A stretch of DNA of 64,000 nt. It comes from Raillietiella orientalis. Taxonomy: Eukaryota. A program made the position numbers and the translations under genes. This document shows positions 1 to 10,899 of this stretch, piece after piece. A model generated the notes under the pieces. It did no database searches, was not told the origin of the DNA, and worked only from the letters and a program-made list of their open reading frames with translations. The DNA lies in the NCBI GenBank assembly GCA_036172245.1, contig JAYWIR010000032.1:434001-498000 (forward strand), read 5' to 3'. How positions within the stretch are numbered: position 1 is the stretch's first letter; each line of letters starts with the position of its first letter.

Positions 1-2379
1 GGTCCCATGAAGAGGGCTCAAGTGTAGCTCTCTCAGCCACACTCCTTTCGGAGATTTTCTCTACTTCCGCTCTCCTGGCACTCCGGGAGCCTCCAGCGAG
101 TTGTCGGGGAGACGGCGTTGAGCACGGTCACTCGCTCTTCGGGTGCAAGCGAGATCACGAGTCAGGAAAAACTATCGAAGAGCCTCCTCCTGCGATGGTG
201 GCAAGAAAAATCTACGTGTCCCGAGAGCGAGAAAGTGTGCAGACAGTCCTTTGTTTCTTCCCGCTTTTACGGGAATTCTTCGCCCTCCCCACAGGATACT
301 AGTGACCTTCTCCTGAAACCGTGTTCCGAGTTTCAGATTGCGCATTTGAATTCCCCTCCTTCTGGCGTTTGTTGGTGGCTCCTGCTTGATGACCGGCAGT
401 TCCAACATGGGAAACCACATTCCGTCCCATCGGATGGGACGTTGGAGTGTAGGTTGAGCATCCCGAAACGGGTGTCCTCGAAAGGCGGGCGAGGCGAGCG
501 TGGATGGCTGCCCTCGTTGGAAGTCAAGATAAAACGAGACCAGATGTAGCATCCGAAGACCAAATCAAGCTGGATGAAGGAGCATCGTCTGAATTCCGGA
601 AGCTGGAATTTCCAAGTCCCCACGCGTCTCGAGATTTAGATGGTTTATGGAATCGAAACTCTTGCTTCAATCTCTTCTTCCCTCCCCCCTCCCTCCCCCC
701 CTGCTCTGTGCAAATCCGATCACTCTCCATATGATGGAATCAGAATCGATTTCTCCTCCTCGGATGATGGCTGTTTGAAAGACACGATATCTCTGCCAGC
801 AAGAAATCACCAAGCCCGTCGATAAGGAAAGAGTACAGGAAATAGGTCGGTATTTCCACGGGAACGTGAGAGGCTGGCAAGGGAAACGGAGGATGCAGAA
901 CAAATCACAGAGGAGTCGCAGGAACAAGTCTCACCTCTGGAGGGAGGGGACAAAGGAAAAGATGGAGAGGAAGAGAAGATGCGTCATGGCTGAGCATCGG
1001 AAAAATTCCAAACGATTGTCTGTGATGCCAGCGCCAAAATCCCAGATCTGCAATTCAATCAGTTGGTCTTGAGCTCCACGGAATGGAGGTCGTGTGAGTT
1101 GTCGGATTGCAGGGGCAGTTTACGAGTGACCACACCTAAGCTTATCTCTCTCTCGAGATGTCCGTATCTCTGCGTGCAAGCAGACAGAAACAAATCGAGC
1201 AACTCTTTGAAAGGGATAATCTTTCAAGGTCGCCCGAATTCCTTTTTTTCTGGATCCTTTTTTTTTTTTTTCTTTCTCTTTTCCCCTCATCGAGGAAAAG
1301 GTTGTGGGCAAATGACTGGTTATTAAGCACAAACAGTTTCATCAAGAACTCCCTTCAGTTCCGGGTAAGTGCAGTTCTGAGCTTTTTCAGCTGTTCCACC
1401 CTCCGGTAATTATCGGTCTTCCAGGTTTTTACCCGCCGTGCCAGTTAAGAAAATAAAGAGATCGTGGCCACAAAAAAAAAAAAAAGCGCTCATTATGGAA
1501 GAGGGTAAGAGATCCAAGTGAAGGTCGCTCTCATTCATTCTCAGCGAAAGAGATTCTCCTTGATGGCGATATGTCTGGTGTCCAAGTGGCCTTCTCCTAC
1601 GACGGAATACCGCCACTTCCGGAATGCTCGAGACATCTGCAGGATGCGCGAGAGCGTAAATAGGCAATCCGTCTTGGTGATGAGATGCAGGAGTGCCACA
1701 ACTCACCAAAGCCGCCGATTGGGGACAGGAATCCCAGAAGAAAACAGGCAATCCACTAGGAGAGTAATGGCGGGGTGTCAATACAGCTCGCAGTCCTCTC
1801 CTATAGTCATCAATAAAGATCATTCCAGACTGCATTTGATCCGAAGAGCGCCATGATCTCCGCTTGAAATCTCCATCGGGAAGCATAAAATGAAGTCACT
1901 AACATCCCTTCCCTCCGATTCCCAGCAGGATAATTCTTCCTTGCATGTCGTGGGTGCCACGAGCTGGATGGATTCTTATCTGGCGAGATCACGTGACGCG
2001 AAGGCTTCGCGGAATGGATTCTCAGCTGAGGTTCCCCCTTGCTGCGTGGCTAGTCTAGGTAACCGAGGAGGCACAGAATGAAAGCCCCTGGCTATAATTC
2101 TGTAGAACCCGGTCATTTTGCAGCGAATACCTCCATTTTCGATGATGGGCAACGCCTTCGCGAGGTGTCAGCTGAAATGTCTGCCGGTCCAGAGAACCAT
2201 GAACGTTCGTCTCTGACACCGTCACGACTCTGGAGATGGCGATGATAGGCGACTCGAGAAAGCGATTTTGCAAAAGATGTGCCCTTTGCCTCTGAAGCAG
2301 ACGGCTGTAAAAAAAATACACAAGCGAAAAATGGTCCATGAATCACGTTCGTTTCTTGGGCGAGACGGAGTTCTTTTCG

Positions 2380-2930
2380 TCAGCAGAGCAGACGATCGCT
2401 GCTCGGTTATCAGCTAAAGAGGCATACAAAGCAACCCAAAGAAAAAGAAAAGGAGGATTCCTTCTCGCCTCGAACGTTCCACCTCAGCTTTCCACGTCGA
2501 CAACAGCAGGTCTTTTTCCACCCAAAAACTGCCAATAGAGAGCATCGAGAAGAGCAACCGGAATGAATCTTCCCCCGCGAGAATTCAAGAACTCGGCAGC
2601 TGAAAGCCAAGGAACCCCTTGTTCATCGAGACAAATTTACACCTGTGCCTAGTGATGATGCTGGACTTCGCGAGGCAAGCGTCCATGCTGGCGTCAACCC
2701 CTGGAGTCGTAAGTGGATGCGGACCTTCCCGAAAAAAACCAGGCGATGATTACCGTGGCGTCCCCGAAACCAAAATCGTTTCGAGGCGGTGCAGTCAGTG
2801 AGCAGTGGATCCACTGTGAAGAAGGCGGGAAGCTGGGGTGCAGGAGCCTTTTCAGTTCGCAACCACGACACTTGGTGGCAATGGAGTCGCGCGCCATACG
2901 ACGAACCTCCCACCTTCCTGGCTCCAATAG
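2380..2930 (+). mobile_element. Possible Helitron Rep/helicase relic
   Basis: ARLSAKEAY (compare RYxSAxEA) and LFSSQPRHLVAMESRA (compare FSHGQLYVAxSR); very degenerate. Confidence 0.2.
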
Positions 2931-3899
2931 GAAAAAAAAAAAAAAGAGTTTTTTTACTCCTTCCGAAGATTCGAAAACTCAGCTCCAAGCAATCAGCCTC
3001 TTTTTTGTTTTAGAAAAACTTTAGGATGGGGGTTTTGGGTGCACATCTCGTGCCTGGAAGTTTTACTCCGGACCGTCAAAGCCAAGGCAGGAAGGTTTCC
3101 CGCGTAAGGCAGCATCGTGTGCAGGGACAATTTTCCTTTAACGGAAAACACCCGATGTTTATGGGCATAGCACCCATCCTCCCTGTTTTCCTACTTACAG
3201 ACCACGCCTTCAGCCGCCAAGCGGCTACAGGAAGAACATCTCGTTCCGCTTCTAGAGAAGGGAGTCAGCGTCGAGCCGCGAGAAGTCGCCATGTGCTCTT
3301 CCCTGTGAAGTCCATCACCCACTGAGATTTCATGGACCCCACATCGCCCTGGTGGGTCCGGGTGAACGGAGAGTCTCTCATGCGTTCTTGCAAGCAAAGC
3401 CAAATGCTCCAAGAACACCAGATGGCCGCCCGAAGCTTCGGAGCCATCCGGAGCTGCTTGGTCGCCTGACCGACTTCGGCGGAACGCTTCCGTCGTTTGT
3501 TGGGAAAGTGAGTCCAAGAAAATCACTTTGCCAGCCTCTGGGCACCCTTTCAAGAGGTTGTGAACCTGTGACATTTCTATCCTCTAGAATGGAAACAAAG
3601 ACACACCAAGCACCTAGTCACAAAAACCCACCATGATCCGACTCCTGGAGGAGTCTTAGGCAACGAATTCGTCCAAGAAACATCTAAAAAAGTGGTCCAA
3701 AATAGAATACTCAAACTACTTCCAACAGATGAGGATTTCGGGGATTTCATAACAGGCACTTACTCAGATAAATTCACAAAGCACAGCAGGGATATTGAGT
3801 GCTTATGGTCCAAGGAAAGAAAAACAAAAGCCCTTTGGAAGTTTACTGGTGGCGAGCTCAACATAACCGTCGACAGCGTCATCTTCAGCGGTACCAGGA

Positions 3900-4290
3900 G
3901 GACGAGGTTACCTCTGTCGTGAGGACATTGCAGAGATAACACGCTCCTGCAGGGCAACATAGCCCACAAGCAGGAGCTTGAGGGTTTCCTGTTCCCCGCA
4001 CTTGTCACAATTCGGATCCACACAGACACCGGGGTCCAGTGATGCCAGCACGCGTTGCATTGGGGAGGTCCCAGTGCAATAGCAGAAGTGCCTTGAAAAG
4101 GGGGGGTGCGGTTGTTCAGGAGCGATGGGGGCCACTCGAGTTCCTCACGGGGAATGCTCAGTAGCCCACCCCAACGCACAAGTCCTTTAGGCTGGAGACT
4201 TGGGGTCCCAGAGTCGGTTAGCTGGTCCGTGCTCCAACCAGTAAGCGTCCTGCTATTGGACGAGCATTGCAGGGAGAGCACTCCTAGCAA
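3900..4290 (-). mobile_element. L1/Tx1-like ORF2 3' fragment
   Basis: DPNCDKCGEQETLKLLLVG zinc-knuckle remnant, homologous to 5900-6010(+) and 7400-7540(-). Confidence 0.65.
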
Positions 4291-4299
4291 TCCCTCGCT

Positions 4300-4612
4300 C
4301 AGAAGCGTCTCGGTCAAGGGAGAACCATGCAGCGTGTGGGCATGCACCACGCCTCAAGCTTCCTCCTCACCGATGGAGAGTACCTGAGGTTGCAGGATCG
4401 CAGATTCATCCACGCAGCCAGGCTAAACGTCCTACCAGTCAGGGTCGGGCCCAGGGTGAAATCAGAGGGACGCGCATGTCGACGCTGCCGGACGGAAGAC
4501 GAAACGTTGCCTCATAACTTGAGCCAGTGCAGGAAGCACTTTCATCTGTCCACTATGCGACACGACGCGATCCAAGAAATGATCAGCATGGCCACGGTGG
4601 ATGAGGAGAAGT
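4300..4612 (+). mobile_element. Utopia-like RLE-type non-LTR fragment (CCHC region)
   Basis: GEYLRLQDRRFIHAARLNVLPV..CRRCRTEDETLPHNLSQC..RHDAIQ is the typical pre-endonuclease CCHC/RHD region of Utopia/NeSL/R2-group elements. Confidence 0.85.
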
Positions 4613-4689
4613 TTTCTGTAGAGATACTTTTCCCCTCCTCCTTGTAATTATTGTGTTCTGGTTTCAAATAAACGTCCCGGCGCAAACCG

Positions 4690-4980
4690 CGTTCAGACAT
4701 CGTTACCAAGTATTTTTTAGGAATTCCAAGATCTGAGTCCCAGGCTCCCAACGATGAGAACATGCACTCTGAATTGTTTCTCCTCTCTGCCTAGCTGGAG
4801 GGCCATTTCCTTATGCTTTTCCAGCTTGTTCCTCCTACTTATGCGGAACGCCTCTTTTCCACCCTCGAAGGAGCAGCAGATGACCAGAGCTATTGTTCGA
4901 TTTCCCCTCTTCAGCACTAGGTCTGGTAGCAAGAAGGATTCGTTCCTGGAGCTCTCTGCTTAGTGGACACTAAGGATCCT
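4690..4980 (-). mobile_element. Utopia-like restriction-like endonuclease fragment (inverted)
   Basis: LLPDLVLKRG..ICCSFEGGKEAFRISRRNKLEKH..LIVGSLGAWD..LGIPKKY fits the PD-(D/E)xK RLE domain. Confidence 0.85.
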
Positions 4981-4984
4981 CCTT

Positions 4985-6522
4985 CAGAAGCCAGAGTTGG
5001 CGATCGACCCGTTCCGGGATGACAAGTTTCTCTTGCCGGAACGGGACGCAGTGTGGAACGCGTTTGTGACCCCCCTCTTCCACTCCCTGCTTTTTGTTTT
5101 CTCTCCAACGAGTAGCATCAAAAGGCGGACAACGGACCTCCTCAGAATCGCCTCTTTGGGTTACAGGAAGGTCCCGTGTCCTCCTGAAGGACTTTTGCGC
5201 TCCGCGTAGCGATGGAGGCCTCGGTCTGCTGTCTCTGGAGCGCCTGGAGCGAGAGCTCCAGTGGAGGACGCTTGCCCTAGTGGCGAAGCTTTGAAGTACA
5301 AACTGATGCGAGCCCGCACGATACCTGGTCAAGCGAGCCACCGGCTACGCTGGACTTTTTCGTTCTGGCACGGCGGTGCAGATGCAACGTGTCCATTTGC
5401 GGACTGGAGCTCCGGCGAATGGCCAAGCTGACCAGGACCAACAACTGGATCTTCTGCCAGCCCGCGAGAGGTAGTGCCTGGTTTTAGGAAACTGTTCACG
5501 CATGGGCCAAGAACAACGAAGCGAGCCCGGAGATGCGACTGCGAGTGCTGCACTTCTTCTACAACAACCGCTCGCTGCAGACGTCATCGTGCAGCCCTAC
5601 CACGTATGCGTGGGCGCAAAGAACCTCCCTAGCCGCGACACTACCCTTCCTCAGGGAGCAACTGAGTGGTAACCAGCCAGTCAAATCGGAGATCCGATGC
5701 AAGATCGCAGGAAGAGAGAAGGAATTAGGTGGTTGGACCAAGGACTAGCTCACGGGCGCTGCGACCTCAAGTGCCCCACCGAAAGGACTATTGCACTGGG
5801 ATGAGCTGCTGAGAATTCTACAGGAAGACCACGAGTGACCCTCAGAGCTGAAGAACAATTGGGCCCTGAAATGGCAGGAGTGGGCACTTCTGCTGCTGCA
5901 CTGGGTCTCCCGTGCAACGATCGCCGGTCTCACAGCACCCAGGAGGCTGTGAAACCCAACTGTTGCAGGTGCGGGGAACACGAATTCCTCCTGCACCTGT
6001 TTGTTGACTGTGGTTGCCCTCGGACTCCTGTGGTTGCGCTACGCAACGGCCCTTGGTGCCACCGACAGACAATCGCAGGGACGAGATGAAGAGCCTCTTC
6101 GTACGTGGCGCCCTTTCTCTGCCGCATCCCCGGCAGCTCTTTACTGCTGCCTACGCGGGAGTGCGGCGTCCCGGAGCTACTCGAGAGGAGGACGTCACGA
6201 TAGACGGCACGCCATCTGCTTCACCCTGCGCTTCATGAGGACGGCAGCAAGATGGCCCCACCGGAGACATACTCAGAAGGAACTTGCCGACATTCTGGAA
6301 AGGATGCAGAGGAAGCCCTCCAACACCTGGTGATCCTTCCCGAACCCTCCCAATTTTTTGCACAAATTTTTTTATTTGCCCCCTTCCCTTCCGCTGCCGA
6401 GGCGAACCTCTCCGACCTGCGCGCTGGTTACTCGGCAGGTTCCGAGCCTTTTCGGACAATAGGGCCGATGACCCTACACATGTGTGTTAATTTTTTATAA
6501 TAAACGTCCCGGAGTGACCGGA
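4985..6522 (+). mobile_element. L1/Tx1-like element, 3' part of ORF2 plus 3' UTR
   Basis: VWNAFVTP, PRSDGGLGL post-RT motif, PNCCRCGEHEFLLHLFVDC zinc knuckle, KELADILERMQR C-terminus, then a T-rich UTR and AATAAA at 6499. Confidence 0.8.
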
Positions 6523-6539
6523 TGATAAACCTAGCAGAT

Positions 6540-6800
6540 TGGCGATGGTGTTCGGAACGAAAGATTGTGCTTGCATGCTCCTGGCTACACCGAACACCGG
6601 ACATCCGCCGACTAGGAATAAATATCAAAGAGAAAAAGTACTGAAATGTTTGAAGGGAGGGTGGGATAAGGGAAGGGATCACAGGCTGCTCCCTCATGGC
6701 CTCTGCATCCTCTCATGGATGCTGGCAAGCTCCTTTTGATTTATCACCGTTGATATTCGCCTACGTCTGAGCTGCTTCCCCTTTTGCAGGCATTGGAGTT
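6540..6800 (-). mobile_element. L1/Tx1-like 3' end fragment (same family)
   Basis: 6670-6735 is the reverse-complement homolog of 6278-6340 (GAGCTTGCCAGCATCCATGAGAGGATGCAGAGG..GTGATCCCTTCCC). Confidence 0.65.
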
Positions 6801-6864
6801 TGTCTCGACGCGCAGGAGATCCAGGTGTGGTCCTGAGCCAGGACAACCACTCTCGAAGCTGGTT

Positions 6865-9300
6865 GAAACCCGGTCACGCCAGGAGATTCATTTATAAAAT
6901 AAACATACTCGTTTGTGGCAGGACATTTGATCCTCACACGTTACTCACAACTACGAGAAGGAACCTGCCGACAGCAAGCACATAGGCCAGCGGAGTCTCC
7001 TCGGCAGCACAGGGGAGAGGAAAACAAACAAAAAGAAAAAATTAAAACAAAAAACATACATTAAAAAAAAGGAGGGAGGGAGGGGTTAGGGAAGGGATCA
7101 CTGTATATTGGAGGGTATCCTCTGCACCCTTGTAAGGATGCTGGCAAGTTCCTGTTTCAAGACTTCCAGATGGGTCCATCTTGGAGCCATCCTCATGAAG
7201 AGGACGCAAAATAGATGACGTTCCTGTCGTTCTGGCCTCCTCTGGAGCTACTCCATCCAGCCGCGGTCCCACCGCGTGGGCAGCAAGGTGCTGCTGGGGA
7301 TGAGGCCGGCGTGAGGGCGTCGCGCAGGAAAACGTCTCTGGTGTTGCCACCGGGGGTTCCAAGGGTCACGGCAAAGCATCCTCAGAGGGTCCCGAGGTCA
7401 ACACAGTCCACTAGGAGGTGCGGGAAGGATTCCTGCTCCCCGTATCTTGCAAAATTTGGATCCATACATCCTGTGATGCTGTATCCAGTGATGCCAACGG
7501 GCGTTGCACGAGAGACCCCAGTGCAGCAGTATCAATTCCAACTCCTGCCACCTTAAGGGTAGGGTGAGGTGTTCAGTGAGCACAAGGATCCACCCCAGGT
7601 CTTCCTCCGGACTACCCAGTAGCATGCTGCAACGCAAAAGTCCGCGAGGTCGAGCAATTGGGGTCGCAGAGTCGTTGAGGTAGCCCCTCTTCCACTCTCC
7701 CAAGCTGATGGCTGCTTCGCGGAGGTCACCGTTGGCTGCAAACGAGGAACGAAATGAGTCCCGCCGAGCCGGTCGCTCGCTTGGTCAGAAGTTTTGGCCG
7801 CGACGCACCAGCTGGTGCTCCAGAACGACTTCTCCAGGGCGGTCCCTCCTGTCCGGGACGCCGACTCTGCCGTCCCGAGCCAACTCGGAACCTCTGCGTG
7901 TCTCAAAAAGCTTTTCACGGAAGGATCCCCATCTGCTCCTCCACGCTACTGGGAGGACGGCGGCAAACAAAGAACAAGGGTCTTGGGAATGGGGTGACGA
8001 AAGCGTTCTAGACGACGGTCCGTTCCAGCAGTAGAACCCCTGCCATTCTGGAACGGACCGAGCTCCGAGCCTGTCTCCTGAAGACAGCTGGACCACTTCC
8101 CCACCGGTGGAATAATGTCCCAACGGTGCACCGAGGTCCTTGAAGTACTGAACCGGGGGACCACACATGCGGACGACTTCGTCCTGTTAACAGCCCCGCC
8201 GGTGCCGCGATGGGGTCGGCATGAGGGAGAAGGATCGGCTCAGGCAGGGATGCCGGGGCACTAGCTCAACATAGTGACCAGGGTCTCCCTGTCTGCCCCT
8301 TAGCAGCAACTCGAAGTAGGAGCTCTCTCGGGTTGCCACATTGCCGAAAGGCCTGCTGCACCAACATCCTGAAAACCTTCTGATCGCTAGAATCGACGTT
8401 TGTAAGTGTGTGGCGCCAGTCGGAGTGCAGACGAGCCAGAAAAGCTGCCGGAAATCCCACGCGTCACGTACGATCGCCCCGTATCGATCAGCGCTTCTCG
8501 ACTCCGAGGCTCGTCCGTCGGCGGTGTAATAGCCTCCGGCAGCGAACGGCATGATGGGAATCTCGAAAAGGAAAAGAATGGCGAATCTTACGGGACCACA
8601 GTGGCGATATGTCTAACTCAGTCCACCGGGTGCCATTCAGTGTTCCCCACCTGGCACTGCAAGTGGAAATTGTTGCTTTCATTCCTGCAATGCTCGGTTG
8701 CCATGGATGTGCCAAGTGTAGCACTTCACTTGGAGAGATCATGGTTTCCATCGAAACGCTAAAGTGAAGAAGGTATTTCCCCGGTAGACGGGGGGTGAAG
8801 GGGGAGGATTCGTAGCCGCGCACACCCGGACAGAAGTCCTGCGCATGCGCGCGCTGAGCACGGTTAGCGATATCCGTCGGGACTCCAGTTGGCATCCCCG
8901 AGCGTGCGTCGCCGGCTGCTGCAGAATGTGAAGGAAGCCGGAACAGAGGCTGTTCTTGAAGACGGGAGAATAGGTTTTGCAGCAGGGCTCATCGTTGTAG
9001 GGCAGCGCCAACAGCGCTTTGGCGGCCGGCGGAAATCTTCCCCGAAGCAGTCGGAAATTCGAAGGCCCCCGCATCGGTCAGCTGCTTCCGAATCCAGGAG
9101 AGGCTGCTTCGCCGGGCTGCGGGAGCCCCCAGGATTCTCGGAATCGTCGCGACGCTCGCGAACGTCTTCTCCAAGAAGCGAGTGCGTTGTCTCGGAAACA
9201 GGGAGGTGCGAGCCGGAAGTCATTGGGGAAAATTCTCGGAACCTCATAACTCCCGAGTCTCTCAAATGAATCGTGATCAATAGCTTATAATGTTGCGAGC
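6865..9300 (-). mobile_element. L1/Tx1-like element, near full length but heavily deleted
   Basis: In order on the minus strand: Cys/His gag-like remnants (~8830-8950), SDWRHTLTNVD (RT1), RGRQGDP (RT4), LNRTKS (RT6), QYFKDLG (RT7), RDGRVGVPD, zinc-knuckle remnant, family C-terminus and 3' UTR. Confidence 0.75.
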
Positions 9301-10899
9301 GCTTAATGGACGCTGATTCCATCTATATGGGGAACGCGCACGCGCATGCGGATTTCTGAAGCGCTTGATGGCAAGAGGGAAAGAAGAGGAAATATGAGAA
9401 ATTAAGGGGGGAAGTAATAGGACATTTCAAAGGAGGAGGATCGTGGTAGACAAAGCCTCCTGATGAGGCAGGCTGGATCGTGCTGCAGTGTGGACTGTAT
9501 TCGGAAACAAGGGATCTGGGTTCGGGAAAAAAAAGAAATCTGCTTCCAATTACTTCCTTGTATTCGCGCTCCTCGTGAAAGATACGGAAGACCTCAGTAG
9601 ATGTCCCTTCGGCACATTTGCGAACAGAGGACGGATCTTGTAGGAGTTCTGCCTTCGCTCTTATCCACCACGTCCTCTGAGCACTCATCGCCTGAGCATT
9701 TTTCTTTACACACCGAAAGTTCTGGAAAAGCCTCGTCGCTGCTTGGAACCTGTCATTTCAATCTTTCAGAAAAAAAAAAAAAAAAAACAGCAGAGGTTTG
9801 AATCTGCGATCAGGGCTCACCTGATCGCAGACTAAATTCGAATTACTTGCAGAATTTTTCTGCGATAGAATTTTAAATCAGAGCACGCGTCGATTCATCT
9901 TGCGAATGAGACGTCAGCTTCTGTGGTAAGGGAAGCTCCGCGTGAGTTTCCGGCATCATCCAAGGGTATTTTGGAGAAATCTTCTCGAATGCCACTCATA
10001 ACACTTCAGGAAATCCTCAAAGATTGTGCCTGGCATCTGAGGACGTTCTGCATTGACAGGACCCTTGCATTATGCATAATGCAAACAGCGATGCAAGGCG
10101 GTTCACAAGACGCGAGTTATTGACTTCGGAGGCAGGGCGTGTTCGCGCGAGCCTTTTTCAAAGACTGCCCGCGGGGAGCGAGCGCTCGGAAGGATTTGTC
10201 ACAACCCGGTACTTCCAGCCGCAAGGAGCAATTAGGAACTGTCGCCGGAAGACGGAAGTTCCCCTGAGTCTCCTCCTCCCACGCGATTCCGCCGCCGCCT
10301 TGTTCGCCGTGTGTCCGAGGAGCGCCAAGTAGGAGCAAGAGAATGGGAGTTTCGAGAAGCTTCCAAGCTTCCCCTATGCCGGCCATGAGCGGGTTCCGTT
10401 CTGTGAGGACTCCACGTTGCATCATTCCCCGGGGCGCCACGCGCTGTTCTTCTGCGCTTGTCGCCACCATCACCAGTGACATACATTATTTACGCCACGC
10501 TCCTTGTCTGCATTCCATAAATAATTCAATCCCCATGAAACATCGATAGGGAACGATCCCGACAAGGGTCGGTTGAAGGAAGCACGCGTAAAGTTCGGGC
10601 TAATGTGGTCCCAGTTTTATCTCCGGGAAGTTCGGGAGGAGTTTCCGAGGAATACTTTAGAAAATCGTCCTGAGGAACCAGCGACTAATTCTGAGCCGGA
10701 ACTGAGCTCCTTTGGAAGCACTCGGAACCACGCAGCACGACTTCCGTTCAGTGGGAGTAGGGAGGCATGTCTCCGTGGTTTCCCAAGGATTTGCGTTTTG
10801 TGCACACACCGAGGTGAGCAGATGCAGTGTGAAAGGGATAGCAAAATTGATTATTTGCATTCGGAAAATCGCTGTTGCGATAATCCCATCAGTCCGTTG

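Noticed and set aside
9455..9510. CTGATGA..GAAA hammerhead-like core (also at 51282)
   Set aside because: The required flanking helices cannot be formed.
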